This document shows positions 41,427 through 49,810 of a stretch of 59,689 nt of DNA, piece after piece. The notes below the pieces were generated by a model that searched no databases, was not told the DNA's origin, and saw only the letters and a list, made by a program, of their open reading frames with translations. The position numbers and the translations under genes were made by a program. Location of the stretch: the NCBI GenBank assembly GCA_964546795.1, contig CAZJKG010000001.1:1-59689 (forward strand), in the 5' to 3' direction. The stretch comes from an uncultured Candidatus Saccharibacteria bacterium. GTDB lineage: Bacteria; Patescibacteriota; Minisyncoccia; Phycocordibacterales; Phycocordibacteraceae. The number at the start of each line of letters is the position of its first letter. The first letter of the stretch is position 1.

Positions 41427-41948
41427 ATGACTGCTGCTGACGGGATTGCACAAGTGAGCACACTCGCCACGAACACCGCGCTCACGGTATGGAACGGCGC
41501 TAGTGATTTTCTCATCATTCTTATCTTACTTTCCGTCTTCTTCCTCTTCGCCTACTACGTTGGACGTGGGCCTTTTGTCGCGCTTCTGCTTGCGTTCTAC
41601 TGTGCCTACGCACTCTACGCTCTGTTCCCGTATGAATCATATCTGCCCACTGCTCCGGCGATGACCGCGCTTCTCGCGCATATCGGCCTCTACGCCGCCT
41701 TCACGCTCGGGTTCTATATTATTTTGCGCCGCGTCGTTGTGTCTGACTTTCTCTATGTTGGGCTTTTCGGGCTTATTGCGCTCTCGTTCCTTGCTTCGGC
41801 TCTCCTCCTCGCGTTCGCGTACCACATCTTTCCCGTTGCAAACGTTTATAACTTCACACCGGCGATAGACCTCTTGTTTGCGCCAAAAGCATATTTCTTC
41901 TGGTGGTTTTCCGCTCCTGCTGTCGGCTTATTCTTCCTTGCGCGCTAG
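41427..41948 (+). CDS. multi-pass membrane protein, unknown function
   Basis: 173 aa with four to five hydrophobic helices. Confidence 0.65.
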   Translation: MTAADGIAQVSTLATNTALTVWNGASDFLIILILLSVFFLFAYYVGRGPFVALLLAFYCAYALYALFPYESYLPTAPAMTALLAHIGLYAAFTLGFYIILRRVVVSDFLYVGLFGLIALSFLASALLLAFAYHIFPVANVYNFTPAIDLLFAPKAYFFWWFSAPAVGLFFLAR

Positions 41949-42018
41949 AGTATGAAAATAGGAAGGGCCGCATCGCGATGCGCGAGCGGCCCCTCGAAAA
42001 ATCAGAAACGAACGATGT

Positions 42019-42468
42019 CTACAACAAGAGAACGGACCGGCTGCTCGGCAGCGCGACCAGGTCGTTCGGTCCGTACGCGATGCGGCGGCTCTTTTTGACA
42101 TATAGCTGCCCGGGCGTCTCATCGTTCAAGTAGCGCAGGTCCCGCACATCCTTGCTGATCATATCGCGGGGATTCGAAATGATGGCACCAGTGACCGCTG
42201 CATAGGACACCCTTCGCAAGCAATCCGTCCTGGTAGGGTGCCGATTGGGCGCCATCCAGTTGGTATTGACCGCGAGGATGCCGGCCGGCATCGGAGTGTT
42301 CTCGCCGCCGTAGAGGCCGGGAGTGGACACCGGCACACAGACGTTCTTGACGCGCTCGATGGTCGGCTGGCTCAACTGGATAGAGATCTCGGCCGGCGGC
42401 GACTGGAACGCAAAGACGACTGCGAAGACAAAGATCAGTGAAGACAAGATCAGGACCTTCTTCCTCAT
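42019..42468 (-). CDS. secreted hypothetical protein
   Basis: Start chosen at MRKKVLILSSLIFVFAVVFAFQ (signal peptide), preceded by the SD GGGGGAGG. The track start at 42519 adds 17 non-signal residues. Confidence 0.6.
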   Translation of the reverse strand: MRKKVLILSSLIFVFAVVFAFQSPPAEISIQLSQPTIERVKNVCVPVSTPGLYGGENTPMPAGILAVNTNWMAPNRHPTRTDCLRRVSYAAVTGAIISNPRDMISKDVRDLRYLNDETPGQLYVKKSRRIAYGPNDLVALPSSRSVLLL

Positions 42469-42549
42469 ATCCTCCCCCTCTCGATACGGCACTGCATCAT
42501 TGCAGTGGCGTAATTTCACAATATCACATATCTCAAAAACTGCAAAAGC

Positions 42550-43344
42550 TTAATCCAACTTCATCAATAATCCTTTTTCTTTTACCACGGCAAACATCCG
42601 GTGGAAATACCAGAATGTGAGGAGTAGGTAGATGAGATTCGTACCGACTGCCAACAGGAAATTCTCAATCGACATCTGCCCGGTCGCAATGACGGACCGC
42701 ATTCCCTCAAACACGTACGTTGACGGAATGAGATATGCGATAAAATGCACTTGTTCTGGAAGTGCTGAGACGGGATAAAAAACGGCGCTGAACGGCTGAA
42801 AAATAGAAATAAGCCCGAATGCAAGCACTTGAGCCGATGTTCCAAACCGGAGGATGATGGCCGTAGAAAACAGCCCAAGAGTCCAGCCGAACACGAGAAG
42901 ATTCAGAACGAACGGAATGAGAAAGAATCCGAATGTAAAGATATTGAAGTGATAGAGCAGGAATGCAAGACCGGCCATGACGGTTCCCGCCATGAGTATC
43001 CGGACGAAGCCCAGTAAGAACGATGAAGCCATGAACTCATTGATCGTAAGTGGTGTGACAAAGAGATTCAGAAAGTTCTTCTCCCACACCTCTTCCAAGA
43101 ATGCGATCGAGACGGAACGTTGGGACTGGCTCAATAAATCCCAGAAGATGATGGCGCCAAGAAGGACGGTGATAGCATTGAAGCCCGCGATATTGAACGT
43201 GGCGATGAAAGCGCTGATAAAGCCCCATAGCAGAAGCTCAAATATCGGCCAATAGAAAATATCCATCAGCCGGGGGATGCTCCGCTGGTAGAGGTAGAGA
43301 TGTCTCATCAGAATGCCTTGGATTCGATGCCACTTCATATTCAT
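42550..43344 (-). CDS. ABC-2 type transporter permease
   Basis: 264 aa, six hydrophobic helices. ATGA overlap with the upstream ATPase gene. Confidence 0.85.
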   Translation of the reverse strand: MNMKWHRIQGILMRHLYLYQRSIPRLMDIFYWPIFELLLWGFISAFIATFNIAGFNAITVLLGAIIFWDLLSQSQRSVSIAFLEEVWEKNFLNLFVTPLTINEFMASSFLLGFVRILMAGTVMAGLAFLLYHFNIFTFGFFLIPFVLNLLVFGWTLGLFSTAIILRFGTSAQVLAFGLISIFQPFSAVFYPVSALPEQVHFIAYLIPSTYVFEGMRSVIATGQMSIENFLLAVGTNLIYLLLTFWYFHRMFAVVKEKGLLMKLD

Positions 43345-44105
43345 TTTTTCAGTATTGTCTCAAAATCTTTTGCTTCCTGATTTGTCTCTCCGCGCGCGAT
43401 GGTTAGGAACACTTCGTTCAAGTCGGTCCGGCCGTATTTCTTGATGAGCTCCGCAGGCGTTCCGTCATCCTTGATCTTCCCGTGGTCAAGGAAGATGACG
43501 CGATCGCATATCTCTTCCACTTCTGCCATGTTGTGAGATGTGTAGAGGATGGTCACCCCTTTTTCTTTCTGGATCTTCTGAAGGAGTTTCCGCGTCCGGT
43601 CGGCGATATCGGGGTCAAGAGAGGCCGTCGGCTCATCCAATAACAGGAGCTTTGGGTCGTTTAAAAGGGCCTTCGTCAAATTCAGACGGGTAAGCTGGCC
43701 CGTTGAAAGCGTCGAGGTCATTTTGGGCAAGAGGTCCTTGATGCCGAAGAAATCTGACAGTTCGTTAATTTTCTTTTGTATGTTTCGGACACCGTACAGC
43801 CGAGCGAACGTTGTGAGATTTTCCCAGACCTTCAAGTTGTTAGGAAGGGCGACGTACGGGGATGAGAAATTAATCTTGCCGAGAAGCTCTTCGCGATGAT
43901 ATTTCATTTCCTTACCGAAAATATGTATCGCTCCGCTGGTCGGCGTGACCAGATCAAGAAGCATCTGGATGGTGGTCGTTTTCCCCGCACCATTGGGGCC
44001 CAAAAGGCCAGTAATAAGCCCCTCTTGGATGCTAAAAGAAATGCCGTCAACCGCCGTGACGCCATTGAATTTCTTCACCAGGTCTTTCACTTCAATAATG
44101 CCCAT
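43341..44105 (-). CDS. ABC transporter ATP-binding protein (ABC-2/DrrA-like)
   Basis: Start at MGIIEVKDLVKKF. Walker A GPNGAGKTT, signature LSTGQLTRLNL, Walker B LLLLDEPT. The 425-aa track ORF is an upstream open-frame extension that runs into tyrS. Confidence 0.9.
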   Translation of the reverse strand: MGIIEVKDLVKKFNGVTAVDGISFSIQEGLITGLLGPNGAGKTTTIQMLLDLVTPTSGAIHIFGKEMKYHREELLGKINFSSPYVALPNNLKVWENLTTFARLYGVRNIQKKINELSDFFGIKDLLPKMTSTLSTGQLTRLNLTKALLNDPKLLLLDEPTASLDPDIADRTRKLLQKIQKEKGVTILYTSHNMAEVEEICDRVIFLDHGKIKDDGTPAELIKKYGRTDLNEVFLTIARGETNQEAKDFETILKK

Positions 44106-44169
44106 GAGTGCGTATGAAAATAACATATGGGACGGGACTTTCATAGGCGGAACATGATATAGTTTTCCC

Positions 44170-45423
44170 ATGACTTTCGCCGAGGAACTGAAGGCACGTG
44201 GACTTATGGAGCACTCATCTGCGGCCCCGGAGCAAATTTTGGCAGCTCCTCGAACAGCATATTTGGGCATTGACCCGACCGCTGACTCGCTCCACGTCGG
44301 CCATCTCGTTCCCATTCTCCTGATGAAGCGTCTCGGCGATGCTGGGAACAAACTCATCTTCCTCGTGGGCGGCGGTACGGGGATGATCGGCGATCCGAAA
44401 GAGAAAGGCGAGCGCCCGATGCTCGATGAGAAGACGGTTGCGACCAACACTAAAGCGCTCACATCCCAACTAAAAAAAGTGCTCGGGAACGCATCGTTCA
44501 AAATGGTGGATAATGCCGATTGGCTTATGAAGGTCAAGTTCGTGTCGTTCCTACGTGATATCGGCAAGTATTTTACTATCAATGACCTAATAAAACGCGA
44601 CATCATCAAAAAGCGCATTGAGACGCCCGATGAGAGTATTTCCTATACTGAATTTTCCTATGCCCTCCTCCAGGGATTTGATTATCTGACCTTGTACCAA
44701 AAATATGGATGTGATCTGCAGGTCGGCGCGAGCGACCAGTGGACGAACATTCTTTCCGGCGTAGACCTCATCCACAAGAAACTCGGCAAGGACGCCTATG
44801 CGTTCACCGTACCCCTGGTCACGGATGCGACCGGCAAGAAATTCGGCAAGAGCGAGGGCAATGCCGTCTGGCTTGACGCGAAGAAGACCTCGCCATTTCA
44901 GTTTTACCAATTCTGGATAAATCTTCCGGACGAAAATATTGAGAATTACCTCAAGATATATACATTTTTGCCTCTTACAGAGATAGATGCGCTCATGGAA
45001 CAGCATCGGCGTAATCCGGGTGATCGCGAGGCCCAGGAGACGCTCGCACGGCTCGTGACCGAGATAGTGCACGGCCCCGCAGCAACGGCCCAAGCGGCAG
45101 CTACAACCGATGCACTCTTTGGCGACACTCCTTTTAACGAACTCTCGCGCGAAGCGCTCGCTGTCGCGCTTGCGGAAGCCCCCTCGCTTGCCCTCTCGAA
45201 GAAAGATGTCGCTGACGGCTCGCCGCTTGCCGAAGCGCTCGTCGCCGGTGGCCTTGCGGCTTCCAAGAGCGATGCGCGCCGTCTGATATCCGGAAAGGGA
45301 ATTACGCTCTCCGGCCAGACGATAGAGAATCCCGACCAGAAAGTGTATCCGGGCGACCTTAAGAACGGCTACGCATTGGTGCGCAAAGGCAAGCAAGGCG
45401 TCCTCATTTTGGTTTTGAAATAA
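44170..45423 (+). CDS. tyrS: tyrosine--tRNA ligase
   Basis: 417 aa. HIGH-type SLHVGHL, KMSKS-type KFGKSEG, C-terminal S4-like domain. Confidence 0.95.
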   Translation: MTFAEELKARGLMEHSSAAPEQILAAPRTAYLGIDPTADSLHVGHLVPILLMKRLGDAGNKLIFLVGGGTGMIGDPKEKGERPMLDEKTVATNTKALTSQLKKVLGNASFKMVDNADWLMKVKFVSFLRDIGKYFTINDLIKRDIIKKRIETPDESISYTEFSYALLQGFDYLTLYQKYGCDLQVGASDQWTNILSGVDLIHKKLGKDAYAFTVPLVTDATGKKFGKSEGNAVWLDAKKTSPFQFYQFWINLPDENIENYLKIYTFLPLTEIDALMEQHRRNPGDREAQETLARLVTEIVHGPAATAQAAATTDALFGDTPFNELSREALAVALAEAPSLALSKKDVADGSPLAEALVAGGLAASKSDARRLISGKGITLSGQTIENPDQKVYPGDLKNGYALVRKGKQGVLILVLK

Positions 45424-45451
45424 TCCAAAAATCCGCTATAGTGAGTTTCTT

Positions 45452-45535
45452 GCGTCGGTAGGTAAGTGGTCAAAACACGCACGCTGTAAACGTGCTGCCT
45501 TAATGGCTTCGGAGGTTCGAATCCTCCCCGGCGCA
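45452..45535 (+). tRNA. tRNA-Tyr (anticodon GTA), long variable arm, no encoded CCA
   Basis: Acceptor GCGTCGG/CCGGCGC. Anticodon stem GCACG/CGTGC with loop CTGTAAA. Variable-arm hairpin GCC-TTAAT-GGC. T arm GGAGG-TTCGAAT-CCTCC. The D stem is weak. Confidence 0.85.
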
Positions 45536-45710
45536 CAAAACAAATGAGTTCACAGCGAAAGCTGTGGGGGATTATTGTTTTGTAGCGGAGGGAAGGATTC
45601 GAAGAGACGGAGCGGGGCACCCGTTCAGCAGAATGGGTCGCGAGTCGCGGACACGACCAAAACCGAGCGGCGGCGAGGTTTCGAGTTGCGGAAGAAAAAT
45701 GTAATCATGG

Positions 45711-45725
45711 TCCTTCCCGGCGCAC
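45711..45725 (+). repeat. direct repeat of the tRNA-Tyr 3' end (att-like scar)
   Basis: TCCTTCCCGGCGCAC versus TCCTCCCCGGCGCAC at 45522-45536 (14/15). Confidence 0.6.
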
Positions 45726-45817
45726 GTGGCTATATATAATGTGATGGTGTACCATTACGGTTCAGAGTTAGATCATTAAACAACCAATACTCAATCAGCC
45801 GGAAGGAGGGAGTCATT

Positions 45818-46288
45818 ATGTCATTGCTCATTCCGGTTGCCACGATCGAAGTAGACGGCATCGTCTCGTTTGTCACGAAGGAGAAATTCCGAGAAAGAAC
45901 GGTAACGGATGGCGTAAGATTTGTCTGGACCGGCGAGAACTTCGATGAACACTTCCTCAGCAAGATTGAGAAGAACGTTCCTGCTGCATCGCTATGCATT
46001 CAGCGGCTCAGGAAAGCATCTTCGGACTCTCAAATCATCGCAAAGCTCCCCGACACCCATGAGACAATGTTGTCGCACTGTTGGGAACTGCTGAAGAAGC
46101 AGGGTTCCGGGGAGAAGGGTGCGCTTCTCGTCAATGGTTGTGGGAACATCGCTTTCATCCGTGACGAGAAGAACATTCTTTGGACTATGCACTTCTGCTG
46201 GCACATCGTTGTTGATGGTTGGGGTGTCGAGGCCCACTCGCAGAACTCGTGGGAATGGCACGCCAACTATCAAATCATTTCACGCTGA
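45818..46288 (+). CDS. hypothetical protein
   Basis: 156-aa ORF with a strong SD (GGAAGGAGGG) 6 nt upstream. Confidence 0.6.
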   Translation: MSLLIPVATIEVDGIVSFVTKEKFRERTVTDGVRFVWTGENFDEHFLSKIEKNVPAASLCIQRLRKASSDSQIIAKLPDTHETMLSHCWELLKKQGSGEKGALLVNGCGNIAFIRDEKNILWTMHFCWHIVVDGWGVEAHSQNSWEWHANYQIISR

Positions 46289-46324
46289 TCTTTCTCAACT
46301 CTTTCACTTTGAAGGGAGGATGCC

Positions 46325-47008
46325 ATGAAGAAATGGGTGGTGCTGTCCATCGCGATCGTGCTTGTCTCTCTGATTTCGATCTCCTGCGCCAAGCAGAAAG
46401 TCGCGGTTGAAGAAGTCGCTCCCGCTCAAGTCCGTTCTTCGGAGTCCGTGTCGACCGCAGACAAGGCGGAAATCGCCCGGCTGCGCACGGAAATCGTATC
46501 GCTCCAGGAAAGCGTCAGTACTCTGACCCAGGCCAACAAGGGTCTCGCGGAGGAGCTTCTTGCAGCGAAAGATGCTTTGAAAGTCAAAGACAGCGAGATG
46601 GCGACCCTTTCCGAGAATTTGGGAGCCACGATCGAGGCCGGGAGCAAGGGAAAGAAAGCGATGATGGAACAAATTGCCGGTCTCATTAAAGAAAACAATG
46701 GGCGTAAGGGCGAGCTCATTGCCTTACAGACATTCTTTTCTGAGAAACTTGCCGCCGCCGAAACCGAGAAGGCGAAGCTCGTCGCCGAAATGACCGCACT
46801 CAGGACTTCTTTTGGCAAGGAAATCAAAGAAGCGAACGAGCGCCTTCAGAAAAAGGACGTTGAACTCATTAGGGCTCAAGAAAACGCCTATGTGCAAAAA
46901 ATGGCTGGAGTTGCTCTGGCGTGTATGCTTCTCCTCTCTTTGGCTTCCGGTCTGTACCTTTGGACGCTTGCAGCAAAAAGAAACGAACCGCAGCCAGTAA
47001 CGCAGTGA
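46325..47008 (+). CDS. coiled-coil envelope protein with N-terminal signal/anchor and C-terminal TM
   Basis: 227 aa. MKKWVVLSIAIVLVSLISISC, long heptad-like region, C-terminal GVALACMLLLSLASGLYLW. SD GGGAGG. Confidence 0.65.
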   Translation: MKKWVVLSIAIVLVSLISISCAKQKVAVEEVAPAQVRSSESVSTADKAEIARLRTEIVSLQESVSTLTQANKGLAEELLAAKDALKVKDSEMATLSENLGATIEAGSKGKKAMMEQIAGLIKENNGRKGELIALQTFFSEKLAAAETEKAKLVAEMTALRTSFGKEIKEANERLQKKDVELIRAQENAYVQKMAGVALACMLLLSLASGLYLWTLAAKRNEPQPVTQ

Positions 47009-47025
47009 GCCATGCTGTCCTTTGG

Positions 47026-47076
47026 AAAACCCCCTGAACCTTTGCCGCTCATCGGCATTGGAACAGGGGTTTTTTG
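47026..47076 (+). terminator. hairpin plus T-run after 46325-47008
   Basis: CCCCTG...CAGGGG stem with a long loop, followed by TTTTTT. Confidence 0.45.
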
Positions 47077-47092
47077 TATACGACCGAAAATA

Positions 47093-47479
47093 TTAAGACC
47101 TTTTGAGAAGAGTTGTCTCGCAACGCTTCGCGCCGAAGAACGTCTGGCAGAAGGCAGCGGTTTTCTCTGGGTCGAACCACGCGCAAGAGAAGATGTTGAG
47201 ATAGGCCGTACCCCGATGTTCCGAGAAGTGCCCGGTAATGGAACTTGTCTCTATAAGCTGTACCAGAGAATATCCCGAAGTTATGGGATTATCGTGGCCG
47301 AAGTGCGGTATTTGTGGCTCGCCGTAGCGCACCATCTTGATAACATTGTCGCAAAGCTCTATGACGAACTTCCGTATCTCATCCTCCGAAGAAATCTTCG
47401 CTGGGTCGCAATCGTAGAGATTCAGGATGAGCTCTTGGCCGAAATAATCGGCTTCGTGGGGATTCGGATTGTTAAGCAT
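47093..47479 (-). CDS. S-adenosylmethionine decarboxylase-related proenzyme (SpeH/pfam02675-like)
   Basis: 128 aa. GQELILNLYDCD and LIETSSITGHFSE (Glu-Ser self-cleavage-site-like) patterns. Confidence 0.65.
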   Translation of the reverse strand: MLNNPNPHEADYFGQELILNLYDCDPAKISSEDEIRKFVIELCDNVIKMVRYGEPQIPHFGHDNPITSGYSLVQLIETSSITGHFSEHRGTAYLNIFSCAWFDPEKTAAFCQTFFGAKRCETTLLKRS

Positions 47480-47585
47480 GGACGAACAGAAAAATTAAAA
47501 AAGAATAATGAAGCGAGCATAGCAACTGCACACTAGAGCGCAAGAGGTAAAACGAGTTTTCCACAAGTATTGATTTCGTACAGCT

Positions 47586-47621
47586 ATCAACAACTTGTCG
47601 CTATAGCTACAAGTTGTTGAT
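47586..47621. repeat. 13-bp perfect inverted repeat in the divergent speH-like/trpS promoter region
   Basis: ATCAACAACTTGT-10 nt-ACAAGTTGTTGAT. No T-run on either strand, so an operator or RNA hairpin rather than a terminator. Confidence 0.6.
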
Positions 47622-47657
47622 GGTCGCTATATTGGAAGATATGGTATCGTATCGGAT

Positions 47658-48623
47658 ATGAGCAGTCAGAAGCCCGTTCTCGTCTCCGGCATCAAGCCGA
47701 CCGGACAATTGCACATCGGCAATTATTTCGGCGCAATGCGCCAGTTAGTTGAGCTCTCGAAGGCGGGGAAGTATCGCCCGTTCATTTTCGTTGCCGATTA
47801 CCACGCGCTCAATACGATGCAAGATGCGCAGGAGATGAAATTGCGCACCCAGGAGCTTGTGAAAGCATATCTTGCTATCGGTTTGGACCCCAAGGACGTC
47901 GTGTTTTTCAAGCAGTCAGACGTGCCGGCGCACACCGAGCTCTGTTGGATCTTTGACACCATTACCACGATGCCGTATCTCATGCGTTCGCATGCCTACA
48001 AAGACGCCGAAGCGAAGAATAAGGAGATAAACGTTGGAACCTTCAACTACCCAATGTTAATGGCGGCCGATATTCTGCTCTATGATGCCGCAGTGGTGCC
48101 GGTCGGGGCCGACCAAAAGCAACACATAGAATATGCGCGCGATGCCGCTGAAAAATTCAATCGCACGTTCAAGACGGACGTATTCAAACTCCCGGAGCCC
48201 TATATCATGCCGGAGGTTGCTGTCGTCCCCGGCACCGATGGCCAGAAGATGAGTAAAAGTTACGGAAATGTCATTCCTCTTTTCGCTTCTCGCGATGAAT
48301 TGGTGAAATGCGTGATGAGCATCATCACCGACTCTTCGGGAGAACGGCCGGAGAATGTCTATCGAATACATCGGCTCGTCCGAAGCGAAGCGGAACTGGC
48401 ATCTCTCTATGCTGAACATCGCGGGAACTACAAATCACTCAAAGAAGCCCTTGTTGAAGACCTTGATCGCTATCTCGCGCCGATGCGGGTGGCATACGAA
48501 GAACTTGAAAAGGATACCGGTATTGTGGAAGAGGTCCTGACGAAAGGGAAGCGTGAGGCGCGCGCCGTAAGCGAAGTGAAGATGGAGCAGGTCCGTCGAG
48601 CTATCGGTGTAGCAGAAAGATAG
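47658..48623 (+). CDS. trpS: tryptophan--tRNA ligase
   Basis: 321 aa. GQLHIGNYFGA (HIGH) and QKMSKSYGN (KMSKS). Confidence 0.95.
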   Translation: MSSQKPVLVSGIKPTGQLHIGNYFGAMRQLVELSKAGKYRPFIFVADYHALNTMQDAQEMKLRTQELVKAYLAIGLDPKDVVFFKQSDVPAHTELCWIFDTITTMPYLMRSHAYKDAEAKNKEINVGTFNYPMLMAADILLYDAAVVPVGADQKQHIEYARDAAEKFNRTFKTDVFKLPEPYIMPEVAVVPGTDGQKMSKSYGNVIPLFASRDELVKCVMSIITDSSGERPENVYRIHRLVRSEAELASLYAEHRGNYKSLKEALVEDLDRYLAPMRVAYEELEKDTGIVEEVLTKGKREARAVSEVKMEQVRRAIGVAER

Positions 48624-48626
48624 CCC

Positions 48627-48660
48627 ATAAAATAAAGAGGACTCCTCTGTAGGAGTCCTC
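48627..48660. terminator. bidirectional hairpin between the convergent trpS and 48683-49111 genes
   Basis: GAGGACTCCT-CTGT-AGGAGTCCTC. The T-run is on the minus strand only. Confidence 0.6.
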
Positions 48661-48682
48661 GTTCGAATGGAATGGAGCCCAA

Positions 48683-49111
48683 TCAAATGGTATCCCGTTT
48701 CCGCTCGATTTTCTTTTCCAGATACACTGGATCGATATTCACCGTAATCCACGAGTATTGTTTTTCTTTCCCTTCTTCATAGAGCACTTCGATCTGTCCC
48801 CAGATCTCAACTTCCTTTCCATTGAGCTTTCTAAGTTCGGCGATGGTTATTTTTTCTCCGCGTATCCGAATCACCGTTTCCGAAGTGACTTTGATTGTCA
48901 TGAGAAAAGATTCTTCCCGCAGTTTCGGGCTCCAGAGCGTAACCTTTGTTTCCGCCGGCATAGAGTATGCTGCGAGGTCAATTTCCATTATGACCCGGGC
49001 CGGATGAAAATCCGTTGTTTCTTTCACACCCTTCTTCTCCGCCAGCGTAGCTCCCGGGGATAGGGTAATGAGCAGGAATGCGAGAATGAAAACATTCAGT
49101 ATGTTCTTCAT
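48683..49111 (-). CDS. secreted hypothetical protein
   Basis: Start at MKNILNVFILAFLLITLSPGATLA (signal peptide) with the SD AAGGAG upstream. Confidence 0.6.
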   Translation of the reverse strand: MKNILNVFILAFLLITLSPGATLAEKKGVKETTDFHPARVIMEIDLAAYSMPAETKVTLWSPKLREESFLMTIKVTSETVIRIRGEKITIAELRKLNGKEVEIWGQIEVLYEEGKEKQYSWITVNIDPVYLEKKIERKRDTI

Positions 49112-49355
49112 CAGGTGTTCTCTCCTTTCTTCTTTGATCGGTTTTTGTTTCCCAATGTTCAATTAACCGCCTACATGATAGCATAGTGTATTGTACTTGT
49201 CAATGACGTTTAGGATATGACTCGAGACAAACAGTTATAGATGATATATGAATTCTTGACTTTAAATTAAATACTGGTAGTATCGTCTCCAGCCCAAATC
49301 CTGGGAAACTAATTGGATGTTCATTCAGCAAACATATGGAAGGGAGGAATCTGTC

Positions 49356-49724
49356 ATGGCTAAAGTTCTGTCGCAGTTCCCGATCTGGAAAGTCGTGTTG
49401 TTCGGTACGACCGAAGTTGACCTGGTCAGTGTTTCTCCCAGAGAGCTTGGTCTCACCGGGAGGTTGATCAGAGATAAGGAGATCTGCGAGGGCGGTGTTG
49501 CCCAAGGACTTCAGCTCTGCTCTCCGGAACTGGTTCATCAATTGCGTCTACAACATCTTAAACCGGGTCCCAATAATCTCCGGATCGCAATGGACGAAAT
49601 CGTCATCGATACGTCAATCAGCTACTTGATCACGGCATTGCTGGCTTCTGGCCGTCGTCGTAGGACCAGTGGTGGTTTCCGAGAAGCTGACGAACGTATC
49701 GTTTTCATTCAGCCGCGCCACTGA
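49356..49724 (+). CDS. hypothetical protein
   Basis: Start ATG 49356 (MAKVLSQF...) is preceded by GGAAGGGAGG. The track start at 49317 lacks an SD. Confidence 0.5.
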   Translation: MAKVLSQFPIWKVVLFGTTEVDLVSVSPRELGLTGRLIRDKEICEGGVAQGLQLCSPELVHQLRLQHLKPGPNNLRIAMDEIVIDTSISYLITALLASGRRRRTSGGFREADERIVFIQPRH

Positions 49725-49768
49725 TCCCTTCAATTCGTTCCTTACCGCAGATCAAGCTCTGTGTAGCG

Positions 49769-49800
49769 CCCCGCGATTCCGATCGCGGGGTGTGCTATTT
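49769..49800 (+). terminator. hairpin with weak T-run upstream of aspS
   Basis: CCCCGCGAT-TCCG-ATCGCGGGG then TGTGCTATTTTA. Confidence 0.45.
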
Positions 49801-49810
49801 TATACGCTAT

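Noticed and set aside
44106-44169. T-box or other riboswitch leaders upstream of tyrS, trpS, alaS and aspS
   Set aside because: The upstream spacers are only about 15-65 nt, or about 180 nt shared with a divergent gene in the case of trpS. That is too short for T-box leaders, and no specifier/antiterminator pattern was seen.
44106-44618. N-terminal 171-residue extension of the ABC ATPase ORF (track ORF 43341-44618)
   Set aside because: The conserved ATPase begins at MGIIEVKDL (44105). The extension has no similarity to ABC proteins and would overlap the tyrS start region.
45369-45620. 83-aa minus-strand ORF
   Set aside because: It overlaps the tRNA-Tyr gene and the tyrS 3' end, so a tRNA explains the sequence better.
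47012-47536. 174-aa plus-strand ORF
   Set aside because: It is antisense to the 128-aa ORF, which carries AdoMetDC-like motifs (LYDCD, ETSS). It also overlaps the terminator-like hairpin of the upstream gene.
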